Shown here in pieces: positions 35,086-44,807 of a stretch of DNA of 64,000 nucleotides. A program made the translations under genes and the position numbers. The stretch covers positions 3,402-67,401 of the forward strand of contig DAOTXX010000064.1 of the NCBI GenBank assembly GCA_034434835.1. The letters run 5' to 3'. The notes below the pieces were generated by a model, which did no database searches, was not told the DNA's origin, and was given only the letters and a program-made list of their open reading frames with translations. Within the stretch, counting starts at the first letter, position 1. Every line of letters starts with the position of its first letter. The DNA comes from Thermoflexales bacterium (lineage in GTDB: Bacteria > Chloroflexota > Anaerolineae > Fen-1058).

Positions 35086-37197
35086 ATGAGTATTGTCACG
35101 AAAACCATCGAGTTGGATGTCAAGGGAATGGATTGTGCCGAGTGCGTGATGCACGTGGAGCAAGCGGTCAGTGCATTGCCGGGTGTTTCTCGCGCTCAAG
35201 TCTATTTGATGGCGGAAAAGGGCGTGGTCGAGTTTGACCCATTGTGCATGGACGAACGCAAGATCATTCACGCGATCGAATCAGCAGGCTATCGCGCCAA
35301 TGTTGCAGGACAGGGTGCGACGCAGCGCAATAGCATCACACATTTAGCCGACACGATACGCCTGGCGTTCATCGGCGCGGTGGGCGTGCTGGCCGTGTTC
35401 GCGTTCGTCGCAGAGCGAACGGGTCTGGCCGAAACGGCGCTGAGTCACATTCCCCCTTGGCTGGCGTTTTTAGCGGTGTTGGCAGGTGGCATTCCGATTT
35501 TCGTCGCCGCGATCAAAGGGCTCTTGGCGCGCCAGATCAACGCCGATTTGCTGATGTCCATCGGCATCCTGGCTGCCACGGCGCTGGGCGAGTTTGTCGC
35601 CGCTGCGATGATCGTGTTCTTTATGACGGTCGCGCATTCCCTCGAATCGTTCACGACCAGCAAATCGCGCGAGGCGATCCGCGCGTTGATGCGCATTGCG
35701 CCTCAAACCGCCTGCGTGGTGCGCGATGGCGCAGAGGTCAACATCGGCATCGAGCAACTCCAGTTGGGCGATCAGGTGCTTGTTCGGCCTGGCGAGCGGA
35801 TTCCGGTGGACGGGCGTGTGCTCTCCGGTCATAGCGCGGTGGATCAATCACCCATCACCGGCGAGTCGTTGCCGGTCGAGAAAAACGTCGGCGCTCAGGT
35901 TTTTGCAGGCACACTGAATCAGCTCGGCGCGCTCACTATTGAAGCGACATGCATCGGGCGTGACACGACGCTCGGCAAGATCGTCCGACTGGTTGAAGAG
36001 GCTGAAGCATCCAAAGCGCCCGCGCAAAAGTTTGCCGATCGGTACAGCTCGTACTTTTTGCCGGTCGTGCTGGGCATTGGCCTGTTGACGATGCTGCTTT
36101 CCCGTGACGTGCGGCACGGCATCGCAGTGCTCGTGGTCGCATGCCCCTGCGCGGTCGCGCTGGCTACGCCGCTCTCGGTGGTCGCCAGTACCGGCGCAGC
36201 AGCCCGGCGCGGCATTCTGGTCAAAGGGGGATTGTTTCTCGAGGCGCTGGCGCGCGTGGATACCGTCGTCGTGGACAAAACCGGCACGCTCACGTTGGGC
36301 AAGCCCACTGTCACCCGAATTTCAAATATCAAATCTCAAATGTCAAAAGATGAGGTGTTGGCGCTAGCGGCCGAATTGGAGCAATACAGCGAGCATCCGC
36401 TGGCAGGAGCGGTGATGGAGGAAGCCCGACGGCGCGGATTGGAGTTGGACGGCGCGCGCGACTTTCGAGCAATCCCCGGTAAAGGCGTTACGGCCCGAGT
36501 GAACGGTGACTCAGTTTGCCTGGGCACACGGGCGTTTCTGGACGAGTGCGGCGTCACGATCAATGCCGATCAGATCCGGCGCGCCGAAGAACTGGAAGCG
36601 CTGGGGCAGACGGTGCTGTGGCTGGCGCGCAACTCGGAGGCGCTAGGGTTCATCGCCGTGGCCGATGTGATTCGTCCAGAAGTCCCAGCCGCGATTGCTG
36701 AATTGCGCCAGTTGGGTATCAAGCACATCCTCTTGCTCACAGGCGACAACGAGCGGACCGCGAATGCAGTGGCGGCGCAATTGGGCATCGCAGAAGTGCA
36801 CGCGAATCTCTTGCCACAGGACAAGATCGAAGCTGTGCGGGCGTTGCAAGCTGGCGGCCACAAGGTCGCCATGATCGGCGATGGCATCAACGACGCGCCC
36901 GCGCTGGCGCAGGCCGACGTAGGAATTGCGATGGGCGCCGCTGGCACGGACGTTGCGCTCGAAGCGGCGCACGTGGCATTGATGCGCGATGACTGGAGCC
37001 AGGTGCCGGAAGCGATCCGCGTGGGTCGTCGGACGTTCCGCACGATCCAGCAAAACATCACATTCGGCGTGCTGTACAACATCGTGGGTGTAACGCTTGC
37101 GGCGTTAGGCATCCTGCCGCCCGTACTGGCTGCGGCGGCGCAGTCACTACCTGATGTGGCCGTGTTTCTCAATTCGTCGCGGCTGCTCAAGACCTGA
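35086..37197 (+). CDS. Heavy-metal (Zn/Cd/Pb-type, CPC) translocating P1B-type ATPase
   Basis: N-terminal [28 protein letters not shown], about 8 TM. Confidence 0.85.
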   Translation: MSIVTKTIELDVKGMDCAECVMHVEQAVSALPGVSRAQVYLMAEKGVVEFDPLCMDERKIIHAIESAGYRANVAGQGATQRNSITHLADTIRLAFIGAVGVLAVFAFVAERTGLAETALSHIPPWLAFLAVLAGGIPIFVAAIKGLLARQINADLLMSIGILAATALGEFVAAAMIVFFMTVAHSLESFTTSKSREAIRALMRIAPQTACVVRDGAEVNIGIEQLQLGDQVLVRPGERIPVDGRVLSGHSAVDQSPITGESLPVEKNVGAQVFAGTLNQLGALTIEATCIGRDTTLGKIVRLVEEAEASKAPAQKFADRYSSYFLPVVLGIGLLTMLLSRDVRHGIAVLVVACPCAVALATPLSVVASTGAAARRGILVKGGLFLEALARVDTVVVDKTGTLTLGKPTVTRISNIKSQMSKDEVLALAAELEQYSEHPLAGAVMEEARRRGLELDGARDFRAIPGKGVTARVNGDSVCLGTRAFLDECGVTINADQIRRAEELEALGQTVLWLARNSEALGFIAVADVIRPEVPAAIAELRQLGIKHILLLTGDNERTANAVAAQLGIAEVHANLLPQDKIEAVRALQAGGHKVAMIGDGINDAPALAQADVGIAMGAAGTDVALEAAHVALMRDDWSQVPEAIRVGRRTFRTIQQNITFGVLYNIVGVTLAALGILPPVLAAAAQSLPDVAVFLNSSRLLKT

Positions 37198-37236
37198 TAC
37201 ACGGATTTCCCACAGATTGCACGGATTGGCGAGTAT

Positions 37237-37330
37237 CCACTGGTCATTCTGAGCCGCGTAGCGGCGAACCTGCCCGCCGCAGGCAGGGAATCTCTGTCGT
37301 GCAAGGCAGAGCGGCTTCGCGCCCCTTCAC
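37237..37330. repeat. Degenerate internal fragment of the MITE family (GTCATTCTGAGC...AATCTC core, no TIRs)
   Basis: Similarity to cores at 1523-1600 and 41457-41530. Confidence 0.35.
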
Positions 37331-37511
37331 CCCCAGCGCCCGACAAACTCGCTCCACGCCATCCTCCAGTGACCATCCGACTCTTGTCTCCATGCATGGA
37401 TTGGGTATATACTTGTCAAGGGGTGGCGAGCCACGTTACCTGACCTGGCTCAATGACCCCAGGCAAGCCGCGCAGCAGGGAAAGCACCCATTCGGGCAAA
37501 AGGAGATCAAG

Positions 37512-37727
37512 ATGTCTGAAAGTGTCTACAAAGTGATCGAGGTGATTGGCACCAGCACCGAGTCGTGGGAAAAGGCCGCTGCCGCTGCGGTCGAGACCGC
37601 CGCCAAGACCTTGCACGACCTTCGCATCGCCGAAGTGGTCGATCTGGATCTGCAGATCGAAGACGGCAAGGTTCGCGCCTACCGGGCCAAAGTCAAAGTC
37701 TCTTTCAAGTATCACACCGAAGACTGA
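37512..37727 (+). CDS. Dodecin family flavin-binding protein (71 aa)
   Basis: MSESVYKVIEVIGTSTESWEKAAAAAVETAAKTLHDLRIAEVVDLDLQIEDGKVRAYRAKVKVSFKY matches dodecin fold sequence; RBS AGGAG 8 nt upstream; track ORF 37299-37727 over-extended. Confidence 0.75.
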   Translation: MSESVYKVIEVIGTSTESWEKAAAAAVETAAKTLHDLRIAEVVDLDLQIEDGKVRAYRAKVKVSFKYHTED

Positions 37728-37902
37728 GACAAGCCCGGCCAAGAACCTGGCTTTCACTGAACTCGGCACAGCCGCCTGAACGCGATCGCCGGGGCGGTGG
37801 AGAAATCCACGGCAAAACTCGTGACGCCTCGCGGATACGCAATGTCCGCAAGGTCAGATTCAGTGCGCCCGCTTGAGATTTTAGGCCGAGGCCCTATCTG
37901 CA

Positions 37903-38934
37903 ATGACGATGGATTCTGTCGTTCCACTCCTTGCTGCTGCCCTCTCGGCCCGGGCCGATCTATTCGACGCCCGACACGAGACGGCCTTTCGCCTGTTCAA
38001 TGGCTTTTACGAGGGCTGCCCTGATCTCGTGGTGGACCTTTATGCGCGCACGATTGTGATCCACAACTATGCGGATGAGCCAGAACGCGCGCAGGCGGCG
38101 ATCCAGGAAGCGCAAGAATTTCTGCGCGTCGAGCTGCCCTGGCTCAACGCCATCGTCGTCAAGGCGCGCCACGCAGCCGATCTGGCTGCTCGACGTGGGA
38201 TGATCGTCTATGGTGAAAAGGTTGACCGGCGCGTCCGCGAGCATGGCGTGTGGTACGCGGTTGAGCTGCTCCTCAACCGCGACACGAGCTTTTACCTGGA
38301 CACGCGCAACCTGAGGCTGTGGGCGATCAACCACTTGAAAGGCAAGACGGTGCTGAACACGTTTGCCTACACGGGCAGCCTGGGAGTTGCTGCGCGAGCG
38401 GGTGGAGCCAGCCGCGTTGTGCATCTCGATCGCAACCGGGCTTTTCTCAACATCGCGAAAACGTCCTACACACTCAATGGTTTTCCGATCCGCAAGGTGG
38501 ATTTCCTGACGGGCGACTTTTTCACGCACATCAGCCGCTTGCGGCGAACGGGCATGCAGTTCGACTGTGTGTTCGTTGACCCGCCATTCTTTTCGACGAC
38601 AGGCAAAGGCACAGTCAACCTGGTCACGGCGAGCCACCGGGTCATCAACAAAGTGCGCCCACTTGTTGCCGATGGTGGGTATCTGGTGGCGATCAACAAC
38701 GCCTTGTTTGTGAGTGGCGCCGAGTACATCCAGACGCTCGAAAGCCTGTGCGCCGACGGTTATCTTTCGATTGAGGAATTGATCCCCGTCCCGCAGGATT
38801 TCATCGGCTTTCCGCAGACTGGGGTGCGCGAGCCGCCGACAGACCCGGCCCCGTTCAATCACTCGACCAAGATCGCCGTGCTTGGTGTGCGGGCGAGGCG
38901 AAAATCCTCGACCTCAAACATGTTAGTCCCATGA
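37903..38934 (+). CDS. Class I SAM-dependent RNA methyltransferase (RlmI/RlmK-like)
   Basis: LNTFAYTGSLGVAAR, VHLDRN, FDCVFVDPPFF motifs. Confidence 0.6.
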   Translation: MTMDSVVPLLAAALSARADLFDARHETAFRLFNGFYEGCPDLVVDLYARTIVIHNYADEPERAQAAIQEAQEFLRVELPWLNAIVVKARHAADLAARRGMIVYGEKVDRRVREHGVWYAVELLLNRDTSFYLDTRNLRLWAINHLKGKTVLNTFAYTGSLGVAARAGGASRVVHLDRNRAFLNIAKTSYTLNGFPIRKVDFLTGDFFTHISRLRRTGMQFDCVFVDPPFFSTTGKGTVNLVTASHRVINKVRPLVADGGYLVAINNALFVSGAEYIQTLESLCADGYLSIEELIPVPQDFIGFPQTGVREPPTDPAPFNHSTKIAVLGVRARRKSSTSNMLVP

Positions 38935-38950
38935 GGTCCGGGAGGCAAAC

Positions 38951-39502
38951 ATGCTCGATAGACTGGCGAATTGGAGAGCCGTTCTGGTCATTTTTCTCAT
39001 TGCTGTGGTGGTCTTTAACCTGGGGCTTTTTCCGTGGCGTTCAGCCAGGCTAAAGGACCTAGCCAGGCAAGACATCGGCATCGTTGATACGATGTTCGCC
39101 TACACGCCTGATCAAGTCTATCAAAAGATCCCCGCCTATGGTGTTCAGGGCCGCCAGTTGTATGCCCTGACCGAGCTGACGATTGACCTGGTGTATCCGG
39201 CTCTCTACAACTTGTTCCTCATCCTGACGATGACACTTGTCTTTCGACAGGCGTTTCCGGGCCAAAGCGCATGGCAGAAACTGCGATACTTGCCGTTCGC
39301 CGTTTGGGCGAGTGATTACGCAGAGAACATTTGCATCGCGATCTTGCTGTTGAGCTACTCACAACGGCTCAATGCCCTTGCCTGGGTCGCCAGCTTTTTC
39401 ACAACCACCAAATGGAGCGTGGGGATTGCTTCGCTCGGCTTGGTTGTCATGGGCCTGGTGGTTTGGTTGATCAAGAGAATCAGTGGCGGAGTGGCTCGAT
39501 GA
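38951..39502 (+). CDS. Hypothetical membrane protein (4 TM)
   Basis: Hydropathy. Confidence 0.4.
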   Translation: MLDRLANWRAVLVIFLIAVVVFNLGLFPWRSARLKDLARQDIGIVDTMFAYTPDQVYQKIPAYGVQGRQLYALTELTIDLVYPALYNLFLILTMTLVFRQAFPGQSAWQKLRYLPFAVWASDYAENICIAILLLSYSQRLNALAWVASFFTTTKWSVGIASLGLVVMGLVVWLIKRISGGVAR

Positions 39503-40311
39503 AACGCAATGTGCTGCTGGGTCTGGCGACATTCTTTCTGGCGATCTTTTTCTATCGCGGCGTGGTATATTCGCTCTTGGCGCCGTTGATCCAGTTGCCC
39601 GATGTGCCAGGCGGCGTGCGAACGTTGACGGTGTTTCTGATGCTCTTCAGTTTCTTTCACGCCTGGTACGCACTGGGCTGGCGACACACACTCGTATTCT
39701 TTGCGCTGAGCGCGGTGATCTCTTGGATCTTGGAGCAGGTCGGTGTCGAGACGGGATTGATCTATGGGCCATATCATTACACTGAGCGCCTGGGCATCAA
39801 GCTGGGACACGTCCCGCTCTTGATCCCGCTCGCGTGGTTCATGATGATCTATCCCAGCTACATCATCGCCAATCTGATCGCCGATGAGCACCCTATCGGC
39901 ACTCGTGGCAGCTCGGGGCGCATCGTATGGCTCTCTTTCCTGGGCGCGATGGTAATGACGGCCTGGGATGCTGTGATGGATCCGATCATGTCCGGCCCGG
40001 TGCATCGAGCGTGGATCTGGGAAAAGGGCGGCCCGTACTTGGGCGTGCCGGTTCAGAATTTCGTCGGCTGGGTGCTGACGACCTGGACGGTGTACCTGGC
40101 CTATCGCCTGTTCGAGCGCAGGGTCGCTTGGCGGCCGGTCGGCCCAATCACTGTTGCGATTGCTGCGATGCCGCTCATCGCCTACGGCACGATGATGCTT
40201 TCCAACATGCTCAACGCCAATCCCGAAGCCGTGCGAGTCGTCGCGCCGTTTGCGATGGGAATTCCGTTGGCCGCCGCCGCCGACAGGTTGCTCAAATCCG
40301 GTATGGGGTAA
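39500..40311 (+). CDS. Polytopic membrane protein, possibly carotenoid-biosynthesis-associated (Caroten_synth-like)
   Basis: GLIYGPYHYTERLG motif and about 7 TM; start set at MKRNVLLG. Confidence 0.35.
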
Positions 40312-40316
40312 CAGAA

Positions 40317-41405
40317 ATGCCAGAGACATGCAGCGGCGTTTTGAAACTGGCCCGACAGGGAACAGGCGTGTTGCGCGACCTGATGCGACCTGCTTCCGGC
40401 GAGGTCCTGGTTCCAACGCGCCTGATCCGCGAGTTCAAGCTGGTCGAGGGCGCGACCATCACCGGCTCCATGCGCAAGGGCAAACAGGGCGCCGAGCTGG
40501 CCTCGGTCGAGACGATCTGCGGACTGGCACCCGAAGGGTTTCACACGCGCACACCGCTGGCTCGCCTGGTCGCCATTGACCCATGCGAGCGGTTCCACCT
40601 GGCTGTCTCGGGGGAGACGAGCATGCGTATCGTTGACCTCATCGCGCCGATCGGCTTGGGCACGCGCGGTCTGATCGTCTCGCCGCCCAAGGCGGGCAAG
40701 ACGATGCTGCTGGAGCAGATCGCCCATGCCATTCGCGCGGACAAGCCTGATGCGCGCATCATCGTCTTGCTGATTGACGAGCGGCCCGAAGAAGTGACCT
40801 ACTTTCGACGCGCGGTCGCCGCCGAGGTGTTTGCCAGCTCCAGCGATCAGAGCGTCAAGGAGCACATTGAGCTATCCGAGTTGATGCTGGCGCACGTGCG
40901 CGTTGAGCTGGAATGTGGACGCCACGTGGTCGTATTGCTGGACAGCCTCACGCGTTTGGTGCGCGCCTTTAACCGTCAGGCGGCAGGCACCGGGCGCACG
41001 CTCTCAGGTGGCCTTGATGCCGGAGCCACCGACATCCCACGTCGGTTCTTTGGCCTGGCGCGCAACATCGAAAACGGCGGCTCGGTCACACTCATCGCCA
41101 CACTCCTCGTGGATACCGGCTCGCGCATGGACCAACTGATCTTGGAAGAGTTCAAAGGCACGGGCAACAGCGAGATCATCCTCGACCGTTCGCTGGCCGA
41201 AGCGCGCGTCTTTCCCGCGATCCATCTGGCTGCCAGTGGCACGCGCAAGGAAGAGCGTCTTTATAGTCCAGAGGACATTCGGCGAATCGCACGACTGAGG
41301 CGTGCACTGGCCGACCGCAGACCCAAAGAGGCGATGATGACGCTGCTCGATCTGATGAACAAGTATCCCACCAACGAAGAATTGTTGAAGAGCTTCCCGA
41401 GTTGA
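40317..41405 (+). CDS. rho: Transcription termination factor Rho (short form lacking N-terminal helical subdomain)
   Basis: OB-fold RNA-binding segment then Walker A PPKAGKTMLL, LIDERPEEVT, R-loop/Q-loop; begins at position equivalent to E. coli residue about 52. Confidence 0.85.
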   Translation: MPETCSGVLKLARQGTGVLRDLMRPASGEVLVPTRLIREFKLVEGATITGSMRKGKQGAELASVETICGLAPEGFHTRTPLARLVAIDPCERFHLAVSGETSMRIVDLIAPIGLGTRGLIVSPPKAGKTMLLEQIAHAIRADKPDARIIVLLIDERPEEVTYFRRAVAAEVFASSSDQSVKEHIELSELMLAHVRVELECGRHVVVLLDSLTRLVRAFNRQAAGTGRTLSGGLDAGATDIPRRFFGLARNIENGGSVTLIATLLVDTGSRMDQLILEEFKGTGNSEIILDRSLAEARVFPAIHLAASGTRKEERLYSPEDIRRIARLRRALADRRPKEAMMTLLDLMNKYPTNEELLKSFPS

Positions 41406-41411
41406 AACTCA

Positions 41412-41614
41412 ATGGGATGTGACCAAAATCAGTTGAGACGTTTTGTCTGCTGTGGCAGGCTGTCATTCTGAGCGCCCGAACCCCCTGGCGGGGGCAGGTG
41501 GCGCGAAGAATCTCGTTGGCACGAGATGGAGACCCTTCGCTTCGCTCAGAGCTTGCCCTGAACGAAGTGAAGGGGTGACAGACTGGGTCAACCAAATTTG
41601 GTCACACCCAACTC
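41412..41614. mobile_element. MITE-like element, copy 2
   Basis: TIR CTCAATGGGATGTGACCAAAATCAGTTGA / inverted end; shared core with copy 1. Confidence 0.6.
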
Positions 41615-41638
41615 AATGTGGCGGGTCTTAGGCGAGCC

Positions 41639-42634
41639 ATGCGTATCTTGATTCTGGGTGGAACCGTCTTTCTGGGCCGTGCGCTCGTCGAGGCCGCGCT
41701 CGAACGCGGGCACACCCTCACCCTGTTCAATCGCGGTCAATCGAATCCGAACCTGTTTCCCAACGTCGAAAGCTTGCGCGGCGACCGCGCTTCTGACCTT
41801 TCAGCGCTGCAAGGCCGCCGCTGGGACGCCGTCATTGACACCTGCGGCTTTGTGCCGCGCATCGTGTGCCAGTCCGCCGAGTTGCTGGCCCACGCCGTCG
41901 AGCACTATACTTTCATCTCAACACTTTCAGTCTATGCCGACCCGAGCAAGGTGGGGCTGGATGAAAGCGCGCCTGTGGGAAAACTGGCAGATGAAACAAC
42001 TGAGCAAGTCACGGGCGAGACTTATGGGCCGCTCAAGGCGCTGTGCGAACAAGTTATTGAGCAGACCCTGCCAGGGCGCGCGCTCATCATCCGTCCCGGC
42101 CTGATCGTCGGCCCGCACGATCCGACCGATCGCTTTACCTACTGGCCGCATCGAGTGGCTCGAGGCGGCGAGGTGCTTGCACCGGGAAGGCCCGACCGTC
42201 CTATCCAGTTCATTGATGTGCGCGACCTGGCCGGATGGACACTGCGCATGGTCGAGGCAGGCAAAACCGGAGTCTACAACGCAGATGGGAAGGCCGGAGC
42301 GGTGACCATGGAGCAACTGCTCGAAACCTGCAGATCAGTGAGCGGGAGCGATGCGACGTTCACGTGGGTCAGCGAAGAGTTCTTGGCCGCTCATCAGGTG
42401 GGCGAGTGGATGGAGATGCCCCTGTGGATCCCCGAATCCGACCCTGCCAATGCCGGTTTCTTTGCGTTTGATTGCCGCAAAGCCATCGCAGCCGGACTGG
42501 GCCTCCGGCCTCTGTCGGAGACCGTGCGTGCCGCGCTCGAGTGGGATGCCACGCGCCGCAGCGATCACGAGTGGCGAGCAGGCCTCACCCGGCAGCGCGA
42601 AGCCGAGCTGCTCCAAGCGTGGAAAGAGCGTTAG
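41639..42634 (+). CDS. NAD(P)-dependent epimerase/dehydratase family (SDR) protein
   Basis: MRILILGGTVFLGRALV Rossmann motif. Confidence 0.7.
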   Translation: MRILILGGTVFLGRALVEAALERGHTLTLFNRGQSNPNLFPNVESLRGDRASDLSALQGRRWDAVIDTCGFVPRIVCQSAELLAHAVEHYTFISTLSVYADPSKVGLDESAPVGKLADETTEQVTGETYGPLKALCEQVIEQTLPGRALIIRPGLIVGPHDPTDRFTYWPHRVARGGEVLAPGRPDRPIQFIDVRDLAGWTLRMVEAGKTGVYNADGKAGAVTMEQLLETCRSVSGSDATFTWVSEEFLAAHQVGEWMEMPLWIPESDPANAGFFAFDCRKAIAAGLGLRPLSETVRAALEWDATRRSDHEWRAGLTRQREAELLQAWKER

Positions 42635-42839
42635 ACACAGCCGTTATGGCAACGAGCTTCCGACTGGCGCGATCTTGGGATGTCGCCTATCCCGGCTCGA
42701 GGACGGATTCAAGCCGCGCTGGTCGCAGCCATCGCGGGTTTGGGAGCTTTTTCTTGTTGACTTGCACCGTCACTCGCAGTACAATCTAACCAACCAACTA
42801 ACCCACTGGCACACCCAGCCTGCCTTCAACGAGGATACC

Positions 42840-43745
42840 GTGTCCAAGGTCAAGACACTTTCCGAGGCCATCCGCGAATTCGTCCACGACGGCGATTGCG
42901 TCTATGCTGCCGGATTCACCCATCTCATTCCTTTTGCCGCCGCGCACGAGATCATCCGCCAGCGCAAGCGCGATCTGGTCCTGGCCCGCGCCACGCCGGA
43001 CCTGATCTATGACATGGTTGTGGCAGCGGGCTGCGCGCGCAAGCTGATCTTTTCCTGGGGCGGCAATCCGGGCGTCGGAATGTTACGCCCGGTGCGTGCT
43101 GCAATCGAGTCCGGTCAGTTGGAGATCGAAGAATACAGCCACTTTGCGATGATCACGCGCGTCACGGCGGGCGCGGCGGGGCTGCCGTTTTTGCCGATCA
43201 AACCTACGGCTACACGCGACTTGCCCGCGAACAATCCACAGTACAAGGCGGTGACCTGCCCTTACACCGGCGAGGTGTTGACGACCGTCCCGGCGCTCCA
43301 TCCCGACGTTGCCATCATCCACGCCCAGCGCGCCGACCGGAACGGCAACACACAAATCTGGGGGATCCTGGGCGAGCAAAAAGAAGTGGCGTTCGCATCC
43401 AGGCGCGTCATCGTCACGTGTGAAGAGATCGTGGACGAATCCGTCGTCCGCAGCGATCCGAACCGGACGATCATCCCCGATTTCACTGTCTCAGCCGTAT
43501 GCCAGGTGCCACACTGCTGCCATCCATCGTACGCGCAGGGCTATTACGATCGCGACAATCCGTTTTATCTGGAGTGGGACAAGATTACATCCGATCCAGC
43601 GGCGACCGCCCGCTGGCTGGACGAGTGGGTGTATGGCGTGAAGGATCGTGATGAATATTGGCAAAAGCTTGGTCAAGAGACTCACCAACGTCTGGCCGTC
43701 AAGCCCCGCTACAGCCAGCCGGTGAACTATGGCGAATTCGATTAG
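42840..43745 (+). CDS. CoA-transferase family subunit A-like (3-oxoacid/glutaconate CoA-transferase)
   Basis: GTG start; ...FVHDGDCVYAAGF..., ...SWGGNPGVGMLRP... typical of CoA-transferase family I alpha. Confidence 0.65.
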   Translation: MSKVKTLSEAIREFVHDGDCVYAAGFTHLIPFAAAHEIIRQRKRDLVLARATPDLIYDMVVAAGCARKLIFSWGGNPGVGMLRPVRAAIESGQLEIEEYSHFAMITRVTAGAAGLPFLPIKPTATRDLPANNPQYKAVTCPYTGEVLTTVPALHPDVAIIHAQRADRNGNTQIWGILGEQKEVAFASRRVIVTCEEIVDESVVRSDPNRTIIPDFTVSAVCQVPHCCHPSYAQGYYDRDNPFYLEWDKITSDPAATARWLDEWVYGVKDRDEYWQKLGQETHQRLAVKPRYSQPVNYGEFD

Positions 43746-43817
43746 CGCAAGTTATCCGTGATCGGACATGATCCATCAGCTATCATTCAACGATCATCCG
43801 CGAGAAGGGGGGAACAC

Positions 43818-44741
43818 ATGACCACAGACTCGACACCGGTCCGCGTGGGATTGCTTATGGGCGTCGGCGGGCTGGGCGACCAATCGTTCAATGACTCGGC
43901 CTACCTCGGCCTGCAATCTGCCCAGCGCGAATACGGCATCAAGTTCGAAACCGACACGTGGGGGATGTTGAACCAGAATCTCGCCACACTGCGTCGGTGG
44001 GCCGACGCAGGCTTTGAGTTGATCATCGGCCTCAGCTACGGCCATGTTCCCTCCATCACGCAGGTAGCGACTGAGCGTCCCGACAAAAAGTTTGCCATCG
44101 TGGATGCCGCGGTCGAGCTGCCCAACGTCTGGGCGGCCGAGTTTCGTGAGTACGAAGGCGACTTTGTGGTGGGGGCGCTGGCCGCGCTGGTGACGCGTAC
44201 CCAACGCGTAGGATTCGTCGGCGGCGGCGCGACGCCCACCGTGCGCCGCATCGAAGCCGGGTACGCGCAGGGGGTGGCGTACATCAACCCGAACATCAGC
44301 ATCCTCTCGGACTATGTCGGCGTGTTCGACGATCCGATCCGCGGGCGGCTGCTCGCCGAAACGCAGTACGCCTCCGGGGCGGATGTGATCTTTCAGGCCG
44401 CCGGGCGATGCGGACTGGGCGCGATTGAAGCCGCCAAGACGTTGGGACGGTACATCATCAGCACTGGCGCGGATCACAGCGAGCTGGCGCCTCGCTCCGT
44501 GTTGACCAGCCGGGTGAAGCGCGTGGACAATGCCGTCTTTGACGTGGTCGAGGCGGTGATCCAGGGACGCTTTGAAGGCGGTGTGGTCAAGAGTTATGGC
44601 TTTGCCGAATATGGCCTCTCGATGGCTCCCTTCCGCGAAGAAGTCGCCGAGGTCGTCACACCAGAGATTCAATCTTATCTCCAACGCATCCTTGAAGAAG
44701 TATCCTCAGGTAAGATCAAGGTCAACCTTGATATAGCCTAA
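43818..44741 (+). CDS. BMP-family ABC transporter substrate-binding lipoprotein-like (nucleoside-binding PnrA-like)
   Basis: RVGLLMGVGGLGDQSFNDSAYLG..., GFVGG motifs. Confidence 0.65.
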   Translation: MTTDSTPVRVGLLMGVGGLGDQSFNDSAYLGLQSAQREYGIKFETDTWGMLNQNLATLRRWADAGFELIIGLSYGHVPSITQVATERPDKKFAIVDAAVELPNVWAAEFREYEGDFVVGALAALVTRTQRVGFVGGGATPTVRRIEAGYAQGVAYINPNISILSDYVGVFDDPIRGRLLAETQYASGADVIFQAAGRCGLGAIEAAKTLGRYIISTGADHSELAPRSVLTSRVKRVDNAVFDVVEAVIQGRFEGGVVKSYGFAEYGLSMAPFREEVAEVVTPEIQSYLQRILEEVSSGKIKVNLDIA

Positions 44742-44756
44742 AAAGTCGGAGGGATT

Positions 44757-44797
44757 CACCCTTGCGAAGGCCCTGAACCTTCGCAAGGGTTCTTTTT
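44757..44797 (+). terminator. Intrinsic terminator (CACCCTTGCGAAGG...CCTTCGCAAGGGT + TCTTTTT)
   Basis: Seen directly. Confidence 0.5.
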
Positions 44798-44807
44798 GAG
44801 TGCGCCA

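Noticed and set aside
39927-41405. 492-aa ORF; likewise over-extended 5' ends at 37299, 39331, 42351, 43758, 53084, 55658-56158 and 5642-6049
   Set aside because: Upstream extensions overlap preceding genes and lack similarity; internal starts with RBS give the canonical proteins.
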